Positions 1 through 15,900 of a stretch of 64,000 nt of DNA are shown piece by piece. Position 1 is the first letter of the stretch; each line of letters opens with the position of its first letter. Under the pieces are notes generated by a model. It ran no database searches. It was not told where the DNA came from and saw only the letters and a program-made list of their open reading frames with translations. The stretch lies in the NCBI RefSeq assembly GCF_963676685.1, contig NC_092346.1:38688001-38752000 (forward strand). Reading direction: 5' to 3'. This DNA is from Mytilus edulis. Lineage: Eukaryota. A program made the position numbers and the translations under genes.

Positions 1-428
1 TCAAGATAATAACAAAAAACGGCAAAATTTCCTTAAAATTACCAATTCAGCAACCTAACAACGGGTTGTCTGATCCATCTACAAATTTCGGGGCAGATAG
101 ATCTGGACCTGATAAACAATTTTGCCCCCTGTCATATTTGCTCTAAATGCTTTGGTTTTTGAGTTATAAGCCAAAAACTGCATTTTACCCCTATGTTCTA
201 TTTTTAGCCATGGCGGCCATCTTGGTTGGTTGGCCGGGTTACCGGACACATCTTTGAAACAAGATACCCCAATGATGATTGTGGCTAAGTTTGTTTAATT
301 TTGCCTAGTAGTTTAAGAGGAGAAGATTTTTGTGAAAGTTAACGACGACGGACGACGACGACGAACGACGCCGGACGCAAAGTGATGAGAAAAGCTCATT
401 TGGCCCTTCGGGCCAGGTGAGCTAAAAA
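1..428 (-). mobile_element. Non-autonomous Helitron/Helentron-like (HINE-type) repeat end with (GTC)n microsatellite, truncated by the window edge
   Basis: Minus strand starts TTTTTAGCTCACCTGGCCCGAAGGGCC..TGAGCT (short hairpin) followed by GTC repeats. Confidence 0.6.
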
Positions 429-728
429 TTAGGTTTGTTGAAAAATCAATAAAATCATTATCCTTATCAAATAAGGTTATACAACAGTAAAACAACGAAA
501 TGATGTTTTATATCCATCCAAAGGTCCTTATAAAAATGTCATAATTAGTATTACAGTAGTATGCCCGACTCACTCGATACGAGTATTTAATTGAATATAA
601 CAAAATAAAAAATTAGAAGTTAGGCCCGTTTGATTACTTACATTATATCAGTTTTCTTTTTTAAAAAGGTCACATATGATAATGACAAATGCAGCTTTTA
701 CATTAATCACAAGTTTCGAAGCATATGT

Positions 729-967
729 CTAATTTGAGGTTATTTCGAACGAATCTTTTTTCCCAGTTCTGGTTTCAAACAAAATTGCAAACAGGTAAAA
801 TACTGCCGATAGCAATGACACAATCAACCACCAAATCAATATCCCTGAAGCCATATCATCATGGCTGTACAACAAACAGTTACCTTTATTACCACAAGTT
901 CCGTCTAAAAATATCAAACATGCGTTATCCAGCACCCAGCCAACTAGAAGTGGACCTGGAATGGTTC
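729..967 (-). CDS. SLCO: SLCO last coding exon (GTIPGPLLVGWVLDNAC...EITSN*)
   Basis: ttttgtag acceptor at 968-969; TAG at 729-731; ORF 729..935. Confidence 0.93.
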
Positions 968-3900
968 CTACAAAAATACAATTACAAGGTATACATGAAT
1001 GTTGTCTAGACGACTAAACATGAACAGAAATGGATAATACAACAAAAAGTAACATGTATTATATACAAAACATGCTTTCTGGAATTCACAATTTATGTAT
1101 GTATTACAAATAAACTAGCATTCTAAGTTTACTGACATGAAAGGTTACGATTTTGTAACCAGGAAGCATGATTTGTCCAGCACATAAATCTCATTTGCAA
1201 TCTTTGTTGGTTTTTTTCAAACTTTTATCTTGGTGTAGATTTGTCATGATCGGTATAAGACAGTATTATAATTCGCTAGGCCTATTTGTTTAAAGTTCAT
1301 TGTTTCGGTCTTATAATTTACTGGTCTGTTTGTCTTGAACGTATGTGCTGTTCAACTTAGACATTGAATTATTTTGTTTCTAGTTTTAATTTGATTTCTA
1401 AAATTGATGTTGGTGGTATCGGTGAATGTACAGTGATCTAAAGTAGGTTTCATCAACACAGTGAACGTTTGCATCAGCGATTTGGTCCTATGAGGACGGA
1501 ACATAGTTTGGTTTATTAATTGTTCTTCTTCGAGTCATTTAAATTCGATCACGCTTTTATTTTACATAGAAACCTTAAAATTATAATATACCAATATTTG
1601 AAAAAGTCATTAATTTTCAATAGTATCAGTGAATAAAAGTTATTTCATGTTATGCTCTATTCGGTAGGCATACTATTCGTTCGTTAATAGTGTAAGAAAT
1701 GCGTAAACTGCTGTCAAATAGTATGCCTATGTTTGTAATCAAACAGGAGCAAAGAGCACGAATGAGAGAAAAGTTTCGATTTTGATTTGAAATTTCAAAA
1801 CTCTTTTTCGCTTGTTCCGGACATACAGGACACCTTCAAAGGATTTGATTTGATGAAGCATGGATAAACGTTATAGAAATATAACCGTGTTACAATGTTA
1901 AAGTTTATGCATTAAAAAAAACTCCAAGATTTTTTAAATTTCACAAAGAGCTTCTCCCGTAGATATATTAATATTGATTTTACGGATCGATAAAAAAAAT
2001 CGACGGACGCTGCAAATCGTACTGTTACTCCAAATAAACTTATCATAGATACCAAGAATAAAATAACACGCGAATGCCATGATTTATTGGAATTAGAACA
2101 AGGGATCGTTTGGAAAGCCAATGAAGAGCATCAAGAGGAACTAGAAATTTCAAAATCTGAATGTAATTGAAAGAGAATGATGCATACTGAAAATAATTAA
2201 CAGCACACTTACCAAGAAGCCGTATAAATACCCACTCCACACCTAAGGCAAATGGTTTAACGTCCTCATCAACAACTCTGAAATTGTTATAAATAATCGG
2301 TTATGCAACGACAAATATTTTGATTTAAATGAATCAAGCAAGAACTAACTCTAAGTACTGAGACAGTTGCTTTTTTTTTTTATTGCATTCCAAATCTTTG
2401 GAATGGTCATTTTCTGTACATTTTCTGTTAATAAAAAATTGAAACTCTTCCAAAAAGCTTTTCTATCCAAAGACATAGATGTCTCTTTCCGTTTTGACCC
2501 AATTATTCCAAAAAAAATTTATTGTTGCCTCCAATGTATTTCCGATTTGTGTTTCATTTTATGCGCCTCTGATGATTGTTTTTAAACATGTCGGGTAGTT
2601 AGTTTAAAGATTGGTATTTTTCAAGATTTATTTTGCTACGAAGAAGTACATAGATCACAATAAAGAAAATGTACGATAAAGTGTATTTACATGCTTTATT
2701 TTCAATGAAGTTAAAATTTGATATATATAATTCTGTTTTCAAGTTGAGGTTGATCATAAACATGTAGTTTGATTTTCCATAATGCTACAATATAAAAATT
2801 GTTGGGTAATGGAAATGTCCGAATTACGTATTTTTATGAATACAAACGCTTATATTATTGAAAAACTACTTAGAAAATTTAACTGTTTCCGTTTTTTCTG
2901 TAGAAAATTCCATTTATTTCTTTTGTTGATGTGATACTTTTTTAACCCATACATTTTTAAAAAGTGCGAAAAACAAATGAATTTATACCGTCGTTTGACC
3001 GTAAAATCTTCATTAATATTCATCCTATTGAATGATACGGCTTACACTTTGAAAACAGGAAATCTGAAAAGACCCGTAGTACCCATACTTTTTGGAAGCA
3101 GACAAATATATTCCGTAGATCATTCAAAATAATATAAATAATTGAAACTTGGTGAAATAGATTTGTTTTTGAATATTTAAACGAATATGTTAATCTGTTA
3201 AAATTACGTGTCCCCTGGAGTTCTCTTGACTTATTTAATTAACAGATGTGTCTTGGTTTTCACCCATAGACTGCACATAGTTGCATAATTAGCTATTCAG
3301 TCATTTCAGAATATTACAGATCAAAATGGACATTTCGAACAATTTAATTTATCAAATCATTGAGCAACTACAGTAATATGACAAAATTTAACATACAAAT
3401 GGAAACACATGGATAAAAAATATTAATTAAATTATCTTTTCACTTATTTTTCACGTATTCCACGATTCTGTTTTGCGGGCATTGTTTGTTTATCAAGGTT
3501 ATAACAGGAAATTCAATAGTTCGGTATCAAAAACAGAAAATTCATTAGTTCGCGATCAACAATCCCCGAATGATAGATTTTGCCGATTAAGGTAGATAGG
3601 GTGTCTTCCTCCATTTTGAATTTTTAAATACCAGAAAACAAGGTCTAGATTTTTTATAAAATGTGCAAATTTTGAGATTAGTAGGGAATTCATGTGTAAG
3701 ATTTTTCATTATAATATAGAAAATGCCATGTTTAATCATATTTAGGGTTGTATTTCACCAAAAAAACAAATAATTTTGTTTGATTCATTTTTTTCCAACT
3801 TTGCCAAATAAGGGGAGACAACTCAAATGCAAGGGCAGATAATTCAGATAGTGTTACTTTTACAATAGAATGTGTTAGGAATTTACCAATTTTATTATGC

Positions 3901-6900
3901 AGCAAAAAAACGAGTCCGGTGACCCCATTTTTTCTTCTTCTTATCTGAAAGAATATTATTGGAGCTATCTTCTCATATTTTATCTCAAAATTCTATGGTG
4001 TAGTTTTCGTTTATGACCGAAAAATTGGGTTTTCCATGCACAATCTATACAAAATCTGACAATTTTGCACAACCTGTAGTGTGAAAATAAGTCCGGTGAC
4101 CCATTCTTTTTATTAATGTTCTTAAACAAGCAGGATATAAACTACATTTTGGCAAATTATTAAGAAATTCTATGAATTATAATTTAGACACCCAATCTAC
4201 CTTAAACTTATGGGTTCGTAATAAAAGTGTAAAATGTGCATACAGGACTTATATATTATATTTATTCATGCAGTGATTCAATAATTTCCTGGTACATTAT
4301 TTTTATAAGAAATTTGATTAGTGACTTTCTGTTTTAGATTTTCCTCGGAGTTTAGTATTTTTGTGATTGTACTTTTTAAAGGATAACGTTCGATTTTGGC
4401 AGTTTTTATTAGCTTCCTATTTTTGATTTTACCTTGAAGTAACTTTACACGGCATACAAAATTCAAAAACAAAATTTTTTGCAGTATGGCAAAACCAACT
4501 ATTCATTTGTTTAGTCCAACATCGATACGTTTATCATTGTAATGACGCGTTGGTATACGCGAGTACATATTACTTATGTAAGTATCTACCACCAAATGCA
4601 ATATTTGTATTATCCAAATTAACAATTACCTCATAATACACATTGAATTTGGCGTAGTTGATATTAGTACAAAGATGATTGCTAAAAATAAGCATGGTGC
4701 AACGTAGTATAGTGCATCGCAGTTATCATCACACCGTCCATAAAAGGCCCCTGCATCGGCCTGACTTGCATTCAGGTTCTGAGCAATGCAACTACAGTTA
4801 CCCCATACGCCCTGTAATTATAAAATATTACATTCTATTTAAAAAAAAGATGTTTAATAGGAAGTATTAAAATGAATTTGAAACTAGAATAGAGAATGGA
4901 AATGAGGAATGTGTCAAAAAGAAACCAATAGGACCAAAGGGTAGAAAAAACAGAAAAAAACCCCACAAATTCGACCTAGCTAGAACATCCATGAAGCGGC
5001 CTTAAATTGACCTGTTAACCTATATGTTTACTTGTTTAGCCAAATGGACGCCACACTAAACTCCGAATCATACAAATGAACAAAAACAAATCAACTAACA
5101 AAGGCTGCAGGTTTCTGACTTGAGAAAGGTTAAAAATGTTTAAACCATCTCCCTATACCTCTACCCAAAGTAGAATGAACAAACACGCAACAATTATACA
5201 AAGTTCGAGAAGACATATAAAGATTTTGCCCATACTGAGTTTGAAAGTCCTCAAAAATGTAAAATCAAGGTATCGATAAAAAAAGACGAAGAGTTCTCTT
5301 TCTTGTATAAGACACAGGATAGATTAAAGAAATGCATTCTTGTGATACGTACCATGCCGGCAACGTCTGTACATCCAGCGTGACAAGGGGAGTAATACAC
5401 CACGTTATCTATACCACACACAGGTGTAAACGTTTCATATTGACACTTGCATGGTTTCTGACAGGCGTCTGAGTATCCGTTAGCCATGCTGAAAAAGAAT
5501 AATTTCGTTTAAAAGATTGATGGATGAAAAATCTTGCTTCGCATCCAGTGTCTGTGTGAAAAGATACGGTTGGTATATAAAAAGACAATAAAACAGAAAT
5601 AACAACTTTACAATTGAAATTACACTCTGAAAATAAGGAATTCAAAATCAAATCTTCGTACGACACTTAGATTAAATAAAATAAAAAATATCAATCCAAA
5701 ATGTGGTAAATCCATTACGTTTATTGTTGTATTTGATTTGTGAAATCATTCAATGTCACTCTTTCATTTTAGTTAGCTTACTCTATACTTACTAGTTAAG
5801 TTAGATGACCTAATACTTACTCAGGGTTGGTATGATACGGAACTTCAAGCCCAGCTAGCTTCACATCTGGACATCCGGCTATGAAACTGATCCCCATTAA
5901 AGATGATATCAAGCAACTTACAAAAGCTAGTCTTAGCATTCCACGTAGTTCAAGGTTAAATATTCTTATAATCACACCACCACCGAACGTGCCAACAACA
6001 CCAATTGAAATCATACCGGCTACAACACATAAACATAAAAGGAAAACGTCAAAAAATTAAAATACCAGATTGATTTATTGTAAGTTATACAAATTAACAT
6101 TAACATTCGCACTAAAATTGTGTTTTTTTATTTTTGGAAATAGTGAATTAACAAATTACGACGACAGCAATTTGAGCTTTCCGATTGATTTGCAATGCAT
6201 TGTTTACACATTATCATGGAAATCACAAGCAATATTGAAATTATTGGGAAACTTAATATTGGATTGCCTCTTGATTGTTATTTGCTGATAGTTATCAACC
6301 TTGGTATTCTTGTGCTTACCTCCAACATTATAAGTTTTACCCGATCAAGTCAAACCAAAGACAAACAAGAACGTGTCCATAGTACACGGATACCCCATCC
6401 GCACTATCATTTTCTATGTTCAGTGGACCGTGAAAATGGGGTGAAATCTCTAGTTTGGCATTAATATTAGAAAGATCATATCATAAGGAACATGTGTACT
6501 ACGACTTCAACTTCATCAAAAACTACATCGTTCAAAAACTTAAACATGAAGCGGGACCGACGGACGGACGGACGAATAGACGAACAGACGGAAGGACGCA
6601 CGAACGAACGGAGGCACAGACCAGAAAACATAATGCCTATAAATGGGGCATTACAAAAATTTAATTTGTCGTTTTTTGCCTAGCTCATGGTATTTTATTA
6701 TGTTTTATGAGCTACAGCATATTCAAATCTACATATTTGTCTGGTTAAACGAAATCTGAGGGTATTTCGAGAAGGCTTTTTATATCATATCAACAATTGC
6801 GTTCGTTTGAATCGGTATTTAAAAGTAATGTTTAGCATTGGATATAAAGTGCCGATCAATCAATCAAACAATTAAGATGTTTACCAGATTTGCTTAATAG

Positions 6901-9900
6901 AAATATTACCTAAGAGATATCCAGCTGTTTTGTAATCCAGATTGTACTGCTCCATTAAAAACTTGTAAGCAAATGATCCGACTCCTGATACAGCAAGAGT
7001 ATTAGCAGCTCCAGCAAACGTTACCATCATAAATATAGGGTTCTTAATCTGTAAAAGACATAGTTAGTTATTATTGAAAAATACTCAGTTATATAATCTT
7101 TATTGCAAAATTACACCCATGAGGGTCAAGCAATAAAATCCACCAATTTTATACAATACAATGCAACTAAAATGTAATACAATACAATATATGGAATAAT
7201 AGAACATATTTTAAGAGTTCAATTATAAATTTATGTGAAAAAAAACAGGCATAAGCTTGTTTTTAATGGGTCTGACTCTCTCAGTTCTAAAGACTGCTTA
7301 ATTATGAAGACTCCAATATGACAAACATGTTCAGGAATGGGGGTTAGAAAGTGTTTAGTTTATCAAATGCACCAAGGTGTTGAAATAATGATACATAGTC
7401 TTTTAGATAAGCAAAAAGATTAGAACGCAATCGATTAAAAACATTTTTCAAGAGGTTATTGATGTGTAAACTAGGGAGATTAACTAAAAAACCGAATAAA
7501 AGTCCAGTGTGTGAGTTAATAGCCCCAGTTTACACACCAATAACCTCTAAAAAAATGTGTGTAATCCTTATAATTCTTAACCCAAATATTCGACATTTTT
7601 CTTGTGTAATGTCGACTATAATCATCATCAAAGCACAACTGACAAGTCGTAACTAAGGAGTTGAACGTCGTATTGATTTTCTAAAATCCACAAATCTTCG
7701 ACAAATGCAACAGAATCTAAAATGAAATAGCATCTACCTCAAAAATTTAATTTTAAATCATCCAAAATTCACGCGTAAAAGTAACGAAATAATATTTCCC
7801 TTGAAAGTTTTCATTCGTATGACGTTGTGTTTTGCCATGAGGTAAATTCGCGAAATCATTTATGAAATTTCATGGAATTTTATTTACATTTTAATTTTAT
7901 ACATTTTCGAAGCTATAATAATACATTTTTACTTTTCTTTTTTTTATGTATATCCATTAGAATAGAAAAAAACTGTGATATATATTTTTTATAATCTCAA
8001 TTTGCTGAAAATCCCAGGAACCCTGCATGCATGTGTATCGCGCATGAATGGCTAACAGTGCAGGTTATGAAGTAGTTTCGGAAACAGAGTTTATTGATGT
8101 GTAAACTAAGAGAAAAATTCTAATTGACCAATTTAATTAAAGTATTTATTATAGATATGCAAATCATAAAAGATTATTTACGAATGTTTTGATATTTTGA
8201 AATTCACGGAGGTGCATTTTATTCATCTTTAGAATATACTATGCTTTTTTTTAATGGTTATGCCATTAATTCGAAAATTTACTTTCCACTGGCGCAGTAT
8301 TATTTATCTTTTTTATATTTGCTTGTTTCAGATAAAATGGAAATTAGATGACTAACCTGTTTGATGAGAACAACAAAAAATTTCTTCACGTTGGACATGA
8401 AAGAGTTTTCGCCTTCTTTTTCAACTGTCCGTTTATCAACACCTGTGAAATAGTTATAGTATCATATCATATATTCATACGAAATTGAAGAAGTGCTTAA
8501 TCAACACTTGTTATTTGTTTTTAAATTATTAATATGCATGGATCGGTACAAATTCTGTGAATAGTTTCATGTGTTGATGTTACAGACAAGGCTTCGAGAA
8601 CGGGATTGGTGGAACAAGAATTTGACCATTATATTTGACCATTATATCCGTGACACATATCCCATAACGATCAACAACCAAATCGTGATAGCGTCCTTTA
8701 ATATCTCGTGAACATCGATACCCAGGAAACCTTGGTTCAATAGATTCCTAATAAGCATAAACTCTATAACGAGAAAATCATGCTAGAAAACGCAAGATTA
8801 TCATATCAACTGAGAGACATAAATTCCACATGTAATCGCTGCTGGAATATTAATCTTGGTAAACAGAAATGGAAAGTTCTAAATTGAAAAGTTGTAATCA
8901 TCCCATTTGTCGCAATGTTTTGTTCTCAACCGACCCTTATTGTCATTTTATTGAGCACATGTATCTGTATTTTAAGTATTCCGTATTTCAAGTTTGATTG
9001 AACTGATGTGCAGAACATAATCAACCAACTTTAGCGAAAGAACATCATGTATATGGCTTAACTTGGAGTTGAGGGATACTGACTTATTATTTTTATTCTT
9101 CCAAAGAAGCTCCTGTCCAAATATTCCACATATAAATAAAGAAATAGTTACGAGGAAGAACACGGTCGGTTCCCATATGAATGTTACATATTATTGCGAG
9201 ACAGTCTGCTAGAGTACATTGATTAAATTAAATAATAAAAAGTAATAGTCAAACGTAAAAAAACCCAACATAACATGACAGAAAAACAGATTAGTATGCA
9301 ATATACATTCCTGATAACAAATGTTAGTTTTCAACTATGTGCCGTAGGTTTCATGCAATACGAGTCAAAATTATGCATTCTTTGTAGGGACTTTGGGAAT
9401 TTACAATTTATCAGCGTATATAAGAGTACAAAATCCAAGAATATTTAATAACTTAAGTAATATTTTTAATTTATTACCTGGAAGTCTTTTAGGGAATCCA
9501 AAGAGAGGTACAGCTATGATAGCAAATGCTACAATAGAGATCGCAAACCCTAACCACCAGGCTCCTACCCATCGTGGGTCAATGTACGTTATGCCGATAC
9601 TGAAAAATCAAAGGTACACCTAGCAATTTTTGTATTATTTAATTTACACAATGTATTGTTTTTTGCTTCAATTCCTTGTGTATTTAAAGCCTTTTTTGTC
9701 ACTATTATATTTGATCAACTACATACAGAATAAAATATCGCCGTGAAGATTTTGTGGGTCAATAAAATTGAGAATGGAAATGGGGAATGTGTCAAAGAGA
9801 CAACAACCTGACCATAGAAAAAACAACAGCAGAAGGTCACCAACAGGTCTTCAATGTAGCGAGAAATTCCCGCACCCGGAGGCGTCCTTCAGCTGGCCCC

Positions 9901-12900
9901 TTAACAAATATATACTAGTTCAGTGATAGTGAACGCCATACTAATTTCCGAATTATACACAAGAAACTAAAATTAAAAATGATACAAGACTAACAAAGGC
10001 CAGAGGCTCCTGACTTGGGACAGGCGCAAACATGTTTATGAGATCTCAACCCTCCCCTATACCTCTAGCCAATGTAGAAAAGTAAACGCATAACAATACG
10101 CACATTTAAAATTCAGTTCAAGAGAAGTCCGAGTCTGATGTCAGAAGATGTAACCAAAAAAAATAAACAAAATGACAATAATACATAAATAACAACAGAC
10201 TACTAGCGGTTAACTAACATGCCAGCTTCAGACTTCAATTAAACTGATTGAAAGATTATGATTTAATCATATGAATATCAGGCACAATCCTTCCCGTTAG
10301 GGGTTTATCATCATAACATATACATATATTAGAAGTACATAACCCGTGTCATGCCAACAACTGGTTTTTGAATAAATGTGTTTAGTTCCGATGCAAAGAC
10401 CCTATAAGTGAATCAATATTAACGCCAAAATATGCAATCTTTAATGACCTGACAACAGTATCGTAACTATATCCCTTCTTAATAAGTCTATTTAAAGGTT
10501 TTGTTAGTTTCTGAGGTGAATACTGACATTTTTGTGCTTTATAAAGAATAATTCCATAAAAAATTGATGTGAAATACCTGAACGTATAAGAAGTCTGCAT
10601 GTTGAGCTATATTTACGAATGATGTCCTTATACCGATGATAAAATTTGGGTGAATGTTTTGACTAGTTTGTGATATCGAAAACCCTGGTGTAATAATTTT
10701 TCAGTAATACATAAATTTCTTTCGAAAAATCTAAAACATTATTACATACACGAGCGAATCGTACAAGTAGAGATACATAAAAACCGTAAGATGGTGACAA
10801 GGGAACGTCACCATCTTAAGGTGGATAATTAACGACAGGAAATGAAAAATCATCTCTTTTATTATAAATTTTAGTATTAAGCTTTCCGTTAGTGATATAG
10901 ATATCAAGATATCAATGTTTGTTTTCCGATACTTAAAATGAAAGGGTTAAACTATGTATTTTTTTTTTAAATGTTTGATATTATTCTATATTTTATTTAT
11001 ATTAACATGTTTTTTTTCCCAATTCTGTGTGGATTTAAAGAGTTTCTAACCCCTTGGATAATATTTGATAAACTACATACTGAATAAAATATAGCCGTGA
11101 AAACATTACAAATAACATTACACTCAGAATTTTTCATTAGAATTGCCGATTTTACTACACTATTTCATTTATTATGACAATTTGTAACCAGTTGTAAATA
11201 GTTCAATTTTCAATTAAAAATTACCTCGCCAATTCATCCCACTAAACTTCGATGTAAATCTGTTTGATTATTGTAAATTTCAATTGATTTGTTTTCCATA
11301 TGTGACTTGGGTATAGCCTTCGAACGGTAGTCCGTTTTGCTGAGCGATATTTATATATAAATTCACAGACCGTCAAGTAAGAATGGTGACGAGGTATTTG
11401 ATGCCTAGTGAACAGAAAGTGCCGCACTCTCTTCACTTGAAATAATTCTTACAATTCATTGTAGTGTCCGTAGATGTTCTGTTGCAAGGCATTTTTTCCC
11501 CATCCAAATAAACCATCGTTTTCCAGGGGCAGTTCCAACTTGTAAAACCTACTTACGTGTATTGTGTTAATTGTGTATAGTATTTCGACCTAAACATACA
11601 TGGAATAATTGCATACGGACGTTTTATTAGCAACAATTAGTGAACCAAAGGACTTTTAACCTATTTCATGCAATTTCTGTAACCCGAATATATTATAAAA
11701 TAAAAAGAACAAAGGATTTTAACCTTTTTCATGCTATTTCTGTAACACGAATACATTAAAATACAGAACTTCCTGAAATGGTTTTTGAATAGGTCAGGTG
11801 TATTTTTTTAGCCGCATTCATATGCCAAGATATAATACGCTTTAGTGCTGTCACTACCTTTAATCAACCTTGCAACCATTGGCGCTTTAGGTATGAAACC
11901 TCTTTTTCTCTTTTGTTGTTTAATTGGTTTTGTTTTAGAAAACACATCTAGATATCTGAACTTAGTTAATGTGTTTTTGCTCCATACGTATATTGTCTTT
12001 CTTGTGTGCATATGGTCATGTGATATCCAAATCTGCATGTCGGTCCACTCAAAAGCTGAGATTATTTATTTCCCGTTAACGTTACTGTCCTCAATATACA
12101 TGTTATATATGCCGTTAAGTAACGTTAAGTAAATATCAATCAATCATTCTTAATATGTTTATATCCAATTTATTATTTCACTTTTAAGCAATATAAAATA
12201 AAGCATACTGTTTATACATTATTCGGTAATTTTTTTTATTAAATCAGGTATGTTATGATAGGAAGTTTAAAAATCCAAAAATAATAGAAAAGTAAAAATT
12301 TACTTTGAATATTTTGAAATTTGCTTCCCTAAATAGATATGCATCAAAATTACACAGTATAATTAATTATAAAAATTAGACAAAGAATAATACCTGCTTG
12401 TATCAACTCTGTCGAATTCTACATAGTAATTTTGTGATATTTCTCCACCAGATAAAAATCCTACTGCGGTCCCTATTGCTGATGCAGAAAACGTCAAACC
12501 TGAAAGTATACAGAGGATTATAGACACTGTGAAGAAGCTTGTTCCTTAAAACTCATAAAAGTTTTCAGATTTTTGTTTCAATCTTTTATTTTGTACATAC
12601 AAGATAAAGGCGTCGATTTTGGCAACATTCTGTGTCTAAAATTGTTACATTTAACATGAAAAAGTAAGGAAATATTGTCTTCGGAAAAGTCAGGAGTATA
12701 ACAGAAGTCACGGTGGGTATGGTTGTCCTGCAAGAGAACGTTCTGTGCTGGTGATTTGGTCCTGTCGGGTGCTGGTGGGTCCTGATTCTGTGCTGGTGGG
12801 TTTGTTTACATTGTATCAGAACGGTAATAAAACGACTGTTTTGTTGCTTAATTCTTCTCTGATGCGTCATAAGTACCACGCAAAGTATATTACAACAATA

Positions 12901-15900
12901 TTATATTGCAAAAGTCGTGCAAGTTCGTTAAACGGAATTGTCCTGACGCTGTGCTGGTGATAAGAAAAACGGTCCTGGTTCTGTGCTCCTATGTCCTGGT
13001 TCTGTGCCTTTATGTTTTAGTTAAAAGTGACATATATTCAAAATCATTGATGCTGTACTGTTATTGACTAATTAACTGTTGTCTGCTTTCTTGAAATTGA
13101 CATTGTTGTGAATCTGTTTACTGTTTTTATGAGTGAAAAAATACCCTATTTATTTTATTTTTTTAAAATTTACTGTAATCTTATTTATTGGCCTGTTAAG
13201 GGAACCCTTCTTGCCCCCTTTTAAGATAATAAAATATGTTTACGACTTTCGGGATTACGATCATTTTGCAAGATCACCAAAATACGTTGTAATTTATACA
13301 ATACTTATATAAAGTAGATGATGTGGTATGTTTGTTGTCAATGGACAAATTTCCATAAGAAAGGAAGTATGTGTTAACAACCATACGTCATCGTACGATC
13401 TTCAACAATAAACCATAAAATAAAAATGTTTAGTGCTGACTATAAGAATGACAATAGTATTGCGGGTTTGTTTGTTTGGTGTTTTTTTTGTTTTTTTTGG
13501 GGGGGGGGGGATAAGTTAGAGCGAGGTTACAGTGAAAGTTTTAAGCTTGGAATAGTTTCCCGTAAGATTTAAAAGTTGTATTTTAAAAGAAAGATGTATC
13601 TTATAGCTATTAAGAACCACTTGCTGTATCTGTAAGATTTTTTCATCATAATTTTTTTGTCTGAACGGTTATCAGGTATTTTTTTTCGAAAGTTCGATAG
13701 AACACACAAAAAAAATCACTATTTTATGAAAGGGCAGACTAGAATATGTCAATTTCAAAAATTAAAATACCTCGTAGCTTCATACTACCAATTGAGTATA
13801 AAACAAGTATATAAGTTTAAAAAAGAAATTCTTAGATTAAACACCTACATTTAACTTTAAAAGGTCATAACAGTTTAAAACAATACAAATCTACACACAC
13901 AAAAAACTGGCTTAATTTCAACTGGTTATCAACCCGAATCGCTATAAGATCATATATAAGCTCACCTGTGTCGAGGGGTCGTGTGAGGTTCATGTATTGT
14001 CTTGGCGTCCGCAATTACAAAAAGATATAATCTGAAATTACTTGACCAAATGTTACCAAATAATTTTTCAAGAGTGAATCTAGGAAAAACAATATTCATC
14101 AACAAACATGACCACTGTCTGTTAAAATGTATTCGAGTTTTTAGTTACAGCCGATTCCATTGAGTATGTAGGCAGGGGTAATATCTTTGGTTAGCTTGCT
14201 TGTTAGCTAAACCGTGAAGTCATTGTTAGGTAAGGTATACTACCCTCCTTTCGAAGTAGCCTGGTCCTACAGACAGAAAGATGTGTCATTTGTCGGACTA
14301 GTCTACTCTTAAAGTAGGGTAGTTTACATAACCTAACAATGACTTTTCTGTTCAGCAAGCAAGATAACCAAAGATATTCCCTTTGTCTACACACTCATTG
14401 AAATCGGCTTTAATATTGAAAAAGTTCAACCAATTAGGGCAAAACTTACCGAGTAAAAAAAATCAAAAGGCCACTGTCTATCTACCTTGCACATTTCAGA
14501 AAATTCAGATCAGATAACGAAACTGGGTCCAGCAACATTTATAAGCAATTTAAGATTTTGACCCTCACAGTTTCCATTCACTACAAATATTTTCGTTACA
14601 ACGAATCATTTTAAATACAAAAAAAACCAGTTGCAGCCTTTTGTTTATCTATTAATATATGTATACGGATAAAGCTATGAAAGGCAGCAGGGTCACCAGG
14701 GTGAGGAGTCCATGTCATCTGAAATAAATGCTAGTAAGCATAGATCTAGAAAGCGACAGATAATCATGACATTAAAAAAACTCTCTTCTTTTCGACTTTT
14801 TTCAAACAAATTGACACATAAAATGAATTATATAGTATTGTGGAATTTTTAACTTGTGTTAAATTCATTGGAAGATGGAAATGTGAAAGTTTCCGTGCGT
14901 CAGGCGCAACAGCATACGAACAGCTAACATGCCTCGTCAGGGTGGAAGCTAAAAAGTCCACGAAAATTTGATTTAAAATCTTTATTCGTTCCAACAAAGT
15001 TATTGAGATTTTGTTGAGGATTTAACCATCTACGACAACAAGAATTTTTTTTTTTTAGAATTTACAACTCTTCTATAAATATATGCAAAGCAAACCATTG
15101 ATCAAATTGCTTGCTATGATTGTTTGGATGTTTGTAAACGACAGGTAAGTAGTCTGTTTACTATATACTAGAATTTGTTTGGACAATAAACATTAACTGT
15201 CAGTTTGTATTTGCCCAATCAAATCCCAGTATGTATTGCCTACCTATTGTTTGAAAACATCCAAGCAAACATAGCAAGCAAGTCAATCAAAGTTTTGTTT
15301 TTGCATGCTTTTATAGAAGAGCTGTACTATATAATGCAAAGAAGCGTTTAAGTCTTTCGCCAAAAAATACTATCAATTTCTTTTTGTCCTATGTAAACTT
15401 CCGTACCATTTCCTTCCATTCATGATCATTAAATTGAACTGTAAACTATTTCTTGGTACCTTCTTAATTGCTTTATAAGTCTTATGTAAACATAATAATG
15501 ACAATAACTGTTGTGAGCACAAGATTCACTGCACACTTTTAAAGTTCTGTTTCATCAAACATTAAAATGTGAACTTAAGTTTTGACACTTTTTTAATCGA
15601 CACGATTGGGATTTTTGTATATGAGAACATGGTTTATCTATTAGTTGAAAATGCGGCTTTGAACTAGCTTTCAGTACCTGCGAGCATTCGTTGTTCAATA
15701 GTGTGTGTCTTTGTGTTATTATTTTATGTGATAAATTGTTGTGTTGGTACACCACTGTAACAATGAAGGAGGAAATGAGGAGGGTTGGTTGGGTGGAAGT
15801 GGGGAGGGGTATGCGGAGCGCTAACAAACATGTCTATGCGGCATGGGCTTTGATCATTGTTGAAGCATCAATGTAAGGGGCATTTAATATCTTAATAAAA

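Noticed and set aside
313-495. ORF with SSPGP (2A-like?)
   Set aside because: Lacks the DxExNPGP consensus and is a translation of a non-coding repeat end.
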